Of a stretch of 64,000 bases of DNA, positions 29,098 to 42,642 are shown piece after piece. The stretch is from Thermodesulfobacteriota bacterium (GTDB lineage Bacteria > Desulfobacterota_D > UBA1144 > Nemesobacterales > UBA2774): assembly GCA_965216785.1 (NCBI GenBank), contig OZ244197.1, positions 1,856,001 through 1,920,000 of the forward strand, written 5' to 3'. The translations under genes were made by a program, and so were the position numbers. Position 1 is the stretch's first letter, and every line of letters starts with the position of its first letter. The notes below the pieces were generated by a model, which had not been told where the DNA came from, made no database searches, and saw only the letters and a program-made list of their open reading frames with translations.

Positions 29098-30390
29098 ATG
29101 CTATCTGATAAGACAACAGGAACGAAGTATAAAATAATAGTTATATGTCTGCTTGTTATTTCGATCTACATTACGGGCTGCGCAAAGACCCGCGTTCGTA
29201 ATGCTCTGCCCGCAAATCTCGAGGATCAAGTCAAAGTAATAGGATTTGAAGATGTGAAGGGCCTCAGGGCCTGGGCGGATAAATCAAATGAGGAGTTTAA
29301 TCAAGCAGCTGTACTTTCTATGAAAAGAGAAGTACAAGCATCTGCCGAGATAGGAGATGAAGTTTATTACTTAGCTATAAGCGGAGGGGGGGCCGATGGC
29401 GCGTATGGAGTCGGTCTTTTAAACGGATGGAGTGAGGCGGGTACACGGCCGGAATTTAAATTAGTTACAGGGATTAGCACAGGCGCTCTACTAGCTACTT
29501 TTGCTTTCCTTGGGTCTGATTATGATAACCAATTAAAAGAATCCTATACTAACTCCTCAGATGAAGATATCTACACAAAAAAGAGCATACTTACAGCTTA
29601 TTGGAGAGATGCGTTATTTGGTGTGGAACCACTTAAGAAGCTGATTGCCGAGAACATCAATCAGGATGTGCTGGAAGCAGTTGCAGCCGAGTATTTAAAG
29701 GGCCGTATTCTTTTAGTGGGAACCACTCAATTAGATGCTCAAAGATTAGTAATTTGGAATATGGGAGCTATCGCCGCAAGCGGGAAGCCCGGAGCGCTGG
29801 AGCTCTTTAGGTCCGTTCTTTTGGCTTCAGCAAGCATGCCTTCAATATTCCCGCCTGTTTTTATACCTGTAGAGGCAAATGGCAGTACCTATGAAGAAAT
29901 GCATGTTGACGGCGGAACTTTTACCGAGGTAATGCTTTATAATGAAGCTCTCTCTCCTATTCTTTCGCATGTAGAGGATGTAAAAAAAATAGTAGGAGAT
30001 GATGAGGAATTCGAGGAACTTCTTAATAGAAAAAGAGTGCTTTACGTGATTAAGAATGATCAAAAAGAACCGGAGTGGAGTGATGTTGAAGACAGAATTG
30101 TTCCTATAGCCGGAAGAGCAATTGGAACTCTAATCAAGTCTCATTATGACGGAGATATCTACAGGATCTATGTTCTTACTGAGAGGGATGAGATTTCATT
30201 TAACCTAGCTTCAATTCCGGGGGGAACCAATATAAAAGCAACCAACGGAATGTTTGATACGGTTTATATGCAGAAGCTTTATAACTTAGCCTATGAGAAA
30301 GCAAAAAACGGTTATCCCTGGGAGAAGTATCCTCCTGGCTATAAGCCTCAAAAAGAAGATGAGGGAGAGCCGCCAGCAGGTGCAAAATAG
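29098..30390 (+). CDS. Patatin-like phospholipase lipoprotein
   Basis: Lipobox ITGC; SGGGADG oxyanion loop, GISTG nucleophile, HVDGG catalytic Asp. Confidence 0.9.
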   Translation: MLSDKTTGTKYKIIVICLLVISIYITGCAKTRVRNALPANLEDQVKVIGFEDVKGLRAWADKSNEEFNQAAVLSMKREVQASAEIGDEVYYLAISGGGADGAYGVGLLNGWSEAGTRPEFKLVTGISTGALLATFAFLGSDYDNQLKESYTNSSDEDIYTKKSILTAYWRDALFGVEPLKKLIAENINQDVLEAVAAEYLKGRILLVGTTQLDAQRLVIWNMGAIAASGKPGALELFRSVLLASASMPSIFPPVFIPVEANGSTYEEMHVDGGTFTEVMLYNEALSPILSHVEDVKKIVGDDEEFEELLNRKRVLYVIKNDQKEPEWSDVEDRIVPIAGRAIGTLIKSHYDGDIYRIYVLTERDEISFNLASIPGGTNIKATNGMFDTVYMQKLYNLAYEKAKNGYPWEKYPPGYKPQKEDEGEPPAGAK

Positions 30391-30392
30391 TT

Positions 30393-31451
30393 ATGGGCAA
30401 GCTCTTATCCAGAGTCTTAGCTGTATGTCTAATATTATTATTCCTCACCCCTTACACGCTATCTGATCAGGGGTTTGATCTCGGATCTCCCGATCCAGAA
30501 GGCACGGTTAAGGTTCAGGCGTATTTTGAGCTCCAGGATATAAATGAAATTAATGATGAAGTTGACACATTTGAATTCACTGGCGTGTTAACACTTAAGT
30601 GGCTTGATCCTCGAGAAGCTTTTGATCCTGCTCAAGTAGGAGTGAATGAGAAGGTCTTTCAGGGAGCCTATCAATTCAATGAGATTGCTACCGGCTGGTA
30701 TCCTCAATTCGTCCTTGTAAATGAATCAGGTCTGTTTGAGATAAGCGGAGTTACTCTGCGAATAGGGCCGGATGGGTCATCTACTCTAATGCAGACAATT
30801 AATGCTACCGCGGAGGTTAATCTGGACTTAAGAAAATTCCCATTTGATACACAGCGCCTGGAAGCAGTATTTCAAACTATTGGTTTTAATAAAGAGGAAG
30901 TATTACTGCAGGTTGAATCGGATATTAGCCCAAGAGATATGATATTACCTGTACCGCAATGGGATGTTTTGGAAGTAGATTCATTTGTAATAGAGCGCAC
31001 TACACCGTATTTAGGTAAAGGAGCAGTTTCTTCAGCTTTTGTGGTTGGAATAGATGTAGAGCGAAGGCCCTTTTATGTAATAAGGCTTGTTGTTATACCT
31101 CTTATTGTTATTGTGCTGCTATCGTTCTCAGTATTTTGGATGGATAGATCCTCTCTCGGCGACAGGCTCAATGTCTCATTTATTGGAATTCTAACAGGCG
31201 TTGCTTACCTACTTGTTACAAGTGATCATTTGCCTAACATTTCTTATTTCACACTGATTCACGGGTTCCTGAACCTTAGTTACCTGACAATGTGCGCAAC
31301 AGTGGTGATTAATCTCGTAGTGGGCGCACTGGATAAGAGAGGAAATACTGAACCCGGAGATCGCGTAGACCGTATTTGTCGCTGGGCGTTCCCGCTCGTT
31401 TATTTTGTACTGCTAATTGTAATGTTTGTTGCGGCAAATCTTTTCTATTAG
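30393..31451 (+). CDS. Prokaryotic pentameric ligand-gated ion channel (GLIC/ELIC-like)
   Basis: Signal peptide; LKWLDPR, WYP, Pro-loop DLRKFPFDTQ; four C-terminal TM helices with M1 VIPL...FSVFW, M2-M3 LP motif and RWAFP before M4. Confidence 0.85.
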   Translation: MGKLLSRVLAVCLILLFLTPYTLSDQGFDLGSPDPEGTVKVQAYFELQDINEINDEVDTFEFTGVLTLKWLDPREAFDPAQVGVNEKVFQGAYQFNEIATGWYPQFVLVNESGLFEISGVTLRIGPDGSSTLMQTINATAEVNLDLRKFPFDTQRLEAVFQTIGFNKEEVLLQVESDISPRDMILPVPQWDVLEVDSFVIERTTPYLGKGAVSSAFVVGIDVERRPFYVIRLVVIPLIVIVLLSFSVFWMDRSSLGDRLNVSFIGILTGVAYLLVTSDHLPNISYFTLIHGFLNLSYLTMCATVVINLVVGALDKRGNTEPGDRVDRICRWAFPLVYFVLLIVMFVAANLFY

Positions 31452-31682
31452 CTATATGTATCATTATCCTTGCCAAAATAATTAACGATTAATGCCAGTT
31501 AAACCAGAACCTATCACACCTACATTGAAGACACAATAACCGAATTAATTAAGCGTCGCGCTATCCTGCGGCAATATTGTCAGGCCTCACTGTCTAAGCG
31601 CCTATAATTTCAGTAAATCACCCCCGAGCTAATTACCTTCCAAAAACGGGTATTGAGATTATCACCCTATGCGGTAAATTTT

Positions 31683-32138
31683 ATGATGATGAGAAATTTT
31701 GTATCAGCGCTATTAGTATTAGCGCTTTTCCTGCCTACGTTTTTACCAATCGCGCCTCATGAGGCCGTACATGCGATGTACGACGCCAACATCATGCACC
31801 AGTCGGGTACGTCCCATAAAGAGGCCCATCACGAAAAGTTCCATTTGAAAGGACAATGCTTCTATATAGACCACGAGCATAACGATCATCACATACCGAC
31901 TGATCTGGCTTCATACTACAGCGATTTTCTGCATATTGACCTTAAAAACGCCGACCGGCACGATTTGTTGTCGAAAGTAGATACAAGTCAGGACTTTGAT
32001 TACGGTCCGGGCGCTTTAACGGTCTGGAACAACCCCTTAGAGTTAAAATCAATTCAAAAACGGGGCCCTCCTGACGGCTATGTTTTCAAGCCGGTATTCA
32101 CTCCTATTTATCTCACCACCCAAAGCTTTCTAATCTAA
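31683..32138 (+). CDS. His-rich exported small protein upstream of the heavy-metal RND operon
   Basis: Hydrophobic N-terminus, His clusters, RGPP...P.YLTT C-terminal motif typical of small genes preceding metal transport operons. Confidence 0.6.
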   Translation: MMMRNFVSALLVLALFLPTFLPIAPHEAVHAMYDANIMHQSGTSHKEAHHEKFHLKGQCFYIDHEHNDHHIPTDLASYYSDFLHIDLKNADRHDLLSKVDTSQDFDYGPGALTVWNNPLELKSIQKRGPPDGYVFKPVFTPIYLTTQSFLI

Positions 32139-32269
32139 TAGTACGATCCTGAGCGTTACTACCCTCCCGGTGGAGTTGCCGGGCCCGGTACACCTGCGTC
32201 CTGCGGGATCATTGCGCTCAATTTTGATCTGTTTTTCACATTAACCCATAAGTTCAAAAGGATATTACT

Positions 32270-33548
32270 ATGATAAAGAAGATAGTTTTTAGTACAGCAT
32301 TGGTTTTTCTTTCAATCGGGCCGTCTCTCTTGTTTGCCGAAACGTTGGATAAGCAGACGGCGCTTAAAAGGGCACTGGAGAATAACCCCTCGTATAAGGA
32401 AAAGCTGTCCGAGATTAATGCCGCCGAGGGCGAGCGTGTTCAGGCCTCACTCCTGCCGAATCCGGGCGCGTTTTTCGAGCTCGAGAACTTTGCCGGGACT
32501 AATGACAGGGAGGGCTTCGAGAGAACGGAGCTTACTGTCGGCCTTAAGCAAAAGATAGAGCTTGCCGGAAAGCGCCGCTACAGGACGGATATCGCCGAAG
32601 CGGGCTTAAAGATAGCGCGTGAAAAAGCTCTGGCGGGGGCCCTGGGCCTTCTTTCTGAAACCGAATACGCCTTCATGCGCACGGCGGTGGCTAACGAGCG
32701 CCTGGAGCTTGCCGAAAGACGCGTACAGCTCGCCGGGGAAACCATTGAGATCGTAGAAAGACGCGTTAACGCCGCCGCTTCGCCCGACGTCGAGCTTCTG
32801 AAAGCCAAAATTGAAAAAGACGAAGCGGAAATAGAAGAGCACCACGTGGAAGAGGAATATAATATTGCCCGCAACGACCTTGCGCGCCTGATGGGTCTGA
32901 AAGGCGGTGATGATCTCACTGTCGATGCGGATTTATCACTTCTTCCAGAGCTAATTGAGCTTGAGACCGTGACCCAGCTTCTGGAATCCACACCCGATGC
33001 GCGCGTTCGGCAGCTCGAAAAAACAAAGGCGCGCTCTTCACTCGATCTGGCAAAAGCAAGCGGCGTGCCCGACCCCACGGTGGGCCTGGGTGTGAGGCAG
33101 TTCTTCGATAACGACGATACGGCGCTCGTTGCCGAGTTTTCAATCCCCATCCCGGTGTTCGACAGAAACCAGGGAGGAGTAGGCAGCGCCCGAGCAGGTG
33201 TTAAACGCTCGGAAGAAAGGGCCCGCGTGACGGAGCTTGCTCTGTATCAGAGCGCAATACAGGCCTGGGAGTCATTCTGCGCCTCACTGGACGTAGCGCA
33301 GCGCTATCAAAACAGCATATTGCCCAATGCGAATAAGGCTTTCGGCGAGGCCGAGAGGGGATACAACCTCGGGGCGTTCAGCTATTTAGACCTCCTGGAC
33401 GCGCAAAGAACGCTAAATAAGGTGCAGTCAGAGTATTTAGACAACCTGCTCGAGCTTTACAAGGCCAAGGCGGAGATCGATTTTCTGATGGGCACCAATA
33501 AACCGCTCGTACAGGAAATTTCAGTAAACAATGAGGGGGGACAAAACA

Positions 33549-33556
<8 letters not shown>
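32270..33556 (+). CDS. TolC-family outer-membrane factor (CzcC-like)
   Basis: QASLLPNP, QKIELAGKR, IPIPVFDRNQG, YLDLLDAQRTL. Confidence 0.9.
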
Positions 33557-38007
<4,451 letters not shown>

Positions 38008-38049
38008 TTAAAACAGGCAATTTGTTACAATTATTTAGAATAACCGGGC

Positions 38050-38103
38050 AACTACAGCATCCCTGTGGTCTTAAAGCATTTCGGGGATGCTGTAGTTTTC
38101 TTC
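38050..38103 (+). terminator. Hairpin terminator after czcA
   Basis: aactacagcatccc / gggatgctgtagtt 14-bp stem followed by ttcttc. Confidence 0.7.
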
Positions 38104-38225
38104 AATTGAGCTTTCATCACCGCTTAGGTTGGATTAACGGAGCTTGATTTAATGCTCATCTTAGCCGAGAATAATTGTTAGACAGTTTTATTGATTCGAT
38201 TGTAGTATGATGGAGTTCCATATCC

Positions 38226-39374
38226 TTGAGCGGTCGTCTTAGAAAACTATTTCTCGGCATAATTACGGTGATATTTATACTGCTGGCTGCAGAGGGGGTA
38301 GCCAGGATATTCTTTAACCCGACGGATTATTTATGGCGGAGACTGGTTCCGGACGACATGTTAAGACACAGAGTGGAGCCCAATACCAGGGGCCACGATG
38401 CTTGGGGTTTTAGAAACAGATTGGTGCCTGCCCACGCTGACATTGTAGCGCTCGGCGATTCGCAGACATACGGTACAAGCTCACTGGCAAAGCACTCCTG
38501 GCCTTCTATCCTGGGTGAGTTAAAAGGTCAGGAAGTATATAATATGTCCCTGGGCGGCTACAGTCCTGCCGAATATCTATACTTGATGGAAGATAAGGCC
38601 CTTGGTTTAGGACCAAACCTCATAATTGCCGGATTCTACTTGGGAAACGATCTTACCGATACTTATACTGCAGTATACAGTGTTCCGTACTGGAAGGATT
38701 TAAGAAACCCGGACATTGCTTCCATGCACGCACAAGTATCGCCCAATCAGAATAAAGCGTCACTCAAAAAGAACCCTCGGGCATCATTTATGAAGCAAAT
38801 CTATTTAATTGCTGATTGGTTTGCAGGAAACAGCGTCCTATACAGGATAGTGAATACATCATCTCTCGGAGATTATATAAGACAGAAAAAAATGATAGGG
38901 GCAGGGTTAGAAGTAGTGATGTTCGAGGATAAAGAGAATGATATCTACACCGGATTCACGCCTGGAAGATGGTTAGATAATCTTGATTTAAAAAACCCTG
39001 AGGTACAGGAAGGACTCGGGCTTACGCTTAATTTCTTTAATCAGATGAATGAACTAGCAGAGAGAAACAATGTCCGGTTTTTGGTTGTCTTAATTCCTAC
39101 AAAGGAGAGCGTGTTCGCAGATTTTATAGAAGGGAATAGTCGTTTGGAAAGCTCAGAAAAAATTGACCGTTTAATTGAGGCCGAAAGACAGATAAACAAT
39201 ATTGCAAAATCGTATTTTAAAGAGCATGATATTTCTTATCTGGATGTATTGAATCCGCTTAAAGAGGCTGTACATAACGAACAGTTATACCCCAATAACT
39301 ATAGTAGCCATCCAAATAAAAACGGAAACAGGATAATGGCCGGGTCTATTGCGCAGTGGATGGATAGTAGATAG
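38226..39374 (+). CDS. Membrane-anchored SGNH/GDSL-fold protein (AlgX/AlgJ-like)
   Basis: N-terminal TM ending AEGVAR; ALGDSQTYG, NMSLGGYS, YLGND, C-terminal HPN. Confidence 0.8.
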   Translation: MSGRLRKLFLGIITVIFILLAAEGVARIFFNPTDYLWRRLVPDDMLRHRVEPNTRGHDAWGFRNRLVPAHADIVALGDSQTYGTSSLAKHSWPSILGELKGQEVYNMSLGGYSPAEYLYLMEDKALGLGPNLIIAGFYLGNDLTDTYTAVYSVPYWKDLRNPDIASMHAQVSPNQNKASLKKNPRASFMKQIYLIADWFAGNSVLYRIVNTSSLGDYIRQKKMIGAGLEVVMFEDKENDIYTGFTPGRWLDNLDLKNPEVQEGLGLTLNFFNQMNELAERNNVRFLVVLIPTKESVFADFIEGNSRLESSEKIDRLIEAERQINNIAKSYFKEHDISYLDVLNPLKEAVHNEQLYPNNYSSHPNKNGNRIMAGSIAQWMDSR

Positions 39375-39634
39375 TAAAACCTACATTTACCCGGCATTTC
39401 GAATATACATATTACTATTTACTCATAACCCCTCCTTGGCCCTAATTGTCAATAACACCCAAATGTTTTTTCCCCAATTAATAGTACTTTTGGAATCAAT
39501 ATCTGATCATAAAATCCATCTAAAGCACTGAATCCAAACGATTTTAACAATAAATATGGCAATTAATAGGGGGCAGTATGTAGTAGCATTACTTAGTAAT
39601 AATTAGTAAATATTTGCGATGATCAAAAAAGTAC

Positions 39635-39663
39635 TTGACTGAAATCGTAAACGTTTATATATT
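39635..39663 (+). promoter_or_regulatory. Sigma70-type promoter for the collagen-like gene and probably the downstream cluster
   Basis: TTGACT-N17-TATATT. Confidence 0.55.
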
Positions 39664-39689
39664 TGAGTGAATTTAAACGGAGGATGGAG

Positions 39690-40763
39690 ATGATTAGATC
39701 AATTACTCGTGGAACTCTAGTTCTACTGCTGGCTATATCTGTAAACACATTTGCAGCTCAACCGGAAGTAACTGTAACAGAAGTATTCGTTGATTTTGAT
39801 ACCGAGACAATCACAATCATGGGTGATAACTTTGATCTTGGCCCTAATCCGCTCAATGTTACATTAGGTGCCTATGGCAGCCTAAATATAGTTTCTGCCG
39901 AACCAAATTTAATAATTGTCGACTTTCCAGCAGGCGGCCTGCTGGCTGGTGATTTTCTTTTAACGGTATCCAGCGGGCCAGGCCAAAGAAAAAATGACGA
40001 ACATGTCGTAACTGTTGGAGCAACCGGGCCTGAAGGACCGGAAGGCACGCCCGGAGAGCAAGGCCCCCAGGGTGCGCAAGGCCCACAAGGAGAGCCGGGT
40101 CCTGAAGGTCCTCAGGGAGAGCCTGGGCCAGAGGGCCCGCAAGGAGAGCCCGGACCACCAGGGCCTCAGGGTGATGCCGGACCCCCGGGACCGCAAGGTG
40201 ATCCTGGTATGAATGGTGTAGAAGGGCATCCGGGACAGCCTGGTCCACAAGGCGAACAAGGACCTCAGGGTGATACTGGACCACCAGGACCGCAGGGTGA
40301 TGCCGGACCTCCGGGACCACAAGGTGATCCGGGTCCCCAGGGTATTCAAGGACCCCCGGGACCACAAGGTGACACAGGACCCCAGGGGATTCAAGGGCTT
40401 CCCGGACCGCCAGGGCTGCAGGGCAATCCCGGACCCCCGGGCCCAAAGGGAGATCCAGGACTACAAGGAGAGACCGGACCAGAGGGCCCGCAAGGAATCC
40501 CCGGACCGTCGGGAACATGGAGTTTCTTTACAGGCAACTGTCCAACCGGTGGTAATGCATGTCAATTTACGGCATCCTGTGGAGCTGGCGAAACAGCGGT
40601 ATCCGGAGCTTGCGGGCTTTTAACCGGGAGTCAAAATAGCAGGGATATTATGTATACCGGTCCTAATCCGTTAGACACAACTCAATGGATTTGCAGATTT
40701 GACAGGGGTGGAGGTGCAGCTTTTACAGTAGACTACGGGGTATTTTGTGTTCCAAATTCTTAA
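39690..40763 (+). CDS. Secreted collagen-like protein
   Basis: GGAGG RBS before ATG 39690; signal peptide; beta-rich N-domain; ~55 uninterrupted Gly-X-Y triplets (40017-40511); Cys-containing C-domain. Confidence 0.9.
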   Translation: MIRSITRGTLVLLLAISVNTFAAQPEVTVTEVFVDFDTETITIMGDNFDLGPNPLNVTLGAYGSLNIVSAEPNLIIVDFPAGGLLAGDFLLTVSSGPGQRKNDEHVVTVGATGPEGPEGTPGEQGPQGAQGPQGEPGPEGPQGEPGPEGPQGEPGPPGPQGDAGPPGPQGDPGMNGVEGHPGQPGPQGEQGPQGDTGPPGPQGDAGPPGPQGDPGPQGIQGPPGPQGDTGPQGIQGLPGPPGLQGNPGPPGPKGDPGLQGETGPEGPQGIPGPSGTWSFFTGNCPTGGNACQFTASCGAGETAVSGACGLLTGSQNSRDIMYTGPNPLDTTQWICRFDRGGGAAFTVDYGVFCVPNS

Positions 40764-40867
40764 CCATCGGCTCTGCTGGATAAAATATATACCAAAATAA
40801 TATGCAATATTGTAATCGTGTATGCTCATACGGTATATTTACGCAATAAATACGGAGCTCGGTGATA

Positions 40868-41125
40868 ATGAACGAAAAACCTACTATAGCTGAAGATATT
40901 GATATTAATGAGGTAGAGGACGGCTACGTTATTTACCAAAAGGAAAATGACAAGGTTCACTACCTGAACAAGACTGCCGTGCTTGTACTCGAATCCTGCA
41001 CCGGGAAAAACACTGCTGCTGATATAGAGGTGATTGTAAAGGAGGCGTATAAGCTTCCTGAAGCACCACAAAAGGAAGTCGCCGACTGCCTCGATACACT
41101 CTTTCAAGAAGGTCTGATTAAATAA
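40868..41125 (+). CDS. PqqD-family RiPP recognition element (RRE)
   Basis: EVEDGYVIY...VHYLNKTAVLVLESCTG...VADCLDTLFQEGLI; about 85 aa, typical three-strand, three-helix pattern; alternative GTG start at 40862. Confidence 0.88.
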   Translation: MNEKPTIAEDIDINEVEDGYVIYQKENDKVHYLNKTAVLVLESCTGKNTAADIEVIVKEAYKLPEAPQKEVADCLDTLFQEGLIK

Positions 41126-41958
41126 ATTACGAACGTAAGTACACGCTGCTCGACACGGTAATCACAATACGTACTGAAAGCGAGGTACTGGCGCGCCGTC
41201 TTGATTTTATAGTACAAGAGGCGGAGCACACGCTTCACCCCCTAAAAGACGCTACATACGAATTCATACTCAGGGACGGCGCTTACGAGATAAGGAAGGA
41301 TGGAAGTCTTTGTTTCTCCTCTTCCGACCTCTCAGACGCAGTCTTTAATCTGCAGTGGCTTATTCATAAGGAAGTATTGAAGAACGTTACAGAGTCTATA
41401 CGTATTCATGCGGGATGCGGGGAGCTCGACGGAAGGAGGTTTCTCGTCGCGGGCGACAAGGGGGCGGGCAAGACGACGCTCATGGTACGTCTATTGTTCG
41501 AGGGATTCCGCGTCATCGGTGATGAGCTGGTACTGGTCAGGGACAGGAGAGCAATCCCATTTCCCAGAAGGTTTCACATCAAACAAGAAAGTATGAACCT
41601 GCTGCCCGAGCTTAACAGCCTGTTTGCTTCCCTGCCATACAATATGACAAGCTACGGCCATAAGATGTTTTCATTCACTCCTCAGGATGCCGGATATGAG
41701 TGGAAGATCGACGAGGGTGACATTCATTCTATTTTTTATCTGGAACCCAACCACGGAGGGCAGACGCGCATAGAGGAATGCCCGAAATATATGATGGTCA
41801 ATAGGGTTATGCCTATGAGTTTTCTGTCTGAGACCGAGGATCATATGAAGATAAACCAGCTCTGTAATATGATTGATCGAGCAAACTGTTATATTTTGCA
41901 TGTTGGAGACCTTGAAGGGGCGGTTTCCACTATACAGGAAAAAATGTCTGTGCTATAA
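41122..41958 (+). CDS. HPr-kinase-related P-loop kinase
   Basis: IHAG, Walker A GDKGAGKTT, IGDELVLV, PFPRRF; the frame is open from ATA 41122 (overlapping the PqqD TAA), while the ORF track starts at TTG 41377. Confidence 0.8.
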   Translation: MNYERKYTLLDTVITIRTESEVLARRLDFIVQEAEHTLHPLKDATYEFILRDGAYEIRKDGSLCFSSSDLSDAVFNLQWLIHKEVLKNVTESIRIHAGCGELDGRRFLVAGDKGAGKTTLMVRLLFEGFRVIGDELVLVRDRRAIPFPRRFHIKQESMNLLPELNSLFASLPYNMTSYGHKMFSFTPQDAGYEWKIDEGDIHSIFYLEPNHGGQTRIEECPKYMMVNRVMPMSFLSETEDHMKINQLCNMIDRANCYILHVGDLEGAVSTIQEKMSVL

Positions 41959-42003
41959 TGCGTAATTAGTATTATTAGACCTGCTATAAAGGAGGAACGT
42001 TAC

Positions 42004-42591
42004 ATGAGCGAGAAAAAATTTATAGATGAAGTTAATCCCGAAAGGCGCGAGTTTTTAGAGAAAGTGACCAAGGGAGCTTTTATCATCCCTACTGTAATAT
42101 CGGTGATGATGCTGAATCAGAAGCTTAACCTAACGACGGCCAACGCACAGAGCAACCTACCACCGTGCCTGTCTTGTGAGACTTTAATCTCCACCCCGGA
42201 CGGGAACGTCACAATAGTTGATTTAAAACCTGGGATGAAGGTCTATACCCTCGATACTAAAGGAAACAAGGTTGTAGAAGAGCTTGAGCTCGTATCAAAA
42301 GTAACGGTCCCTGAGACTCATACGCTCTTCAGTCTATGTTTTGGCGGCGGTACAGAGCTATTAGTTTCCGGTGCTCATCCGACAGCGGACGGCAGATATA
42401 TATATGATCTCAAACCGGGCGATATGATCGACGGCGCTGAGCTCTTATCCATCGAAAAGGTTAGCTACACAGCCGGATATACATATGACCTGCTACCGGC
42501 GGGAGATACTGGATGTTACTGGGCTGACGGGGTTCTTTTAGGCAGCACGCTAGCCGCAGAGTCAGAGAGCAGAATACGGAAGGCCTCTTAA
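42004..42591 (+). CDS. Precursor-like peptide 1 fused to a C-terminal Hint domain
   Basis: GGAGG RBS; 48-aa leader with ERREFL; core QSNLPP; Hint starts at Cys55 (42166): CLSCETLISTPDG, LVSGAHP, TYDL, YWADGVLLGS. Confidence 0.85.
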   Translation: MSEKKFIDEVNPERREFLEKVTKGAFIIPTVISVMMLNQKLNLTTANAQSNLPPCLSCETLISTPDGNVTIVDLKPGMKVYTLDTKGNKVVEELELVSKVTVPETHTLFSLCFGGGTELLVSGAHPTADGRYIYDLKPGDMIDGAELLSIEKVSYTAGYTYDLLPAGDTGCYWADGVLLGSTLAAESESRIRKAS

Positions 42592-42642
42592 CAAGGCTCT
42601 AAGAGCTATAAAAACAGCACTTAAAAGAAGGAGGGTTCTTAC

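Noticed and set aside
39859-40623. Overlapping repetitive ORFs on other frames and the opposite strand of the collagen gene
   Set aside because: They are shadows of the Gly-X-Y codon periodicity.
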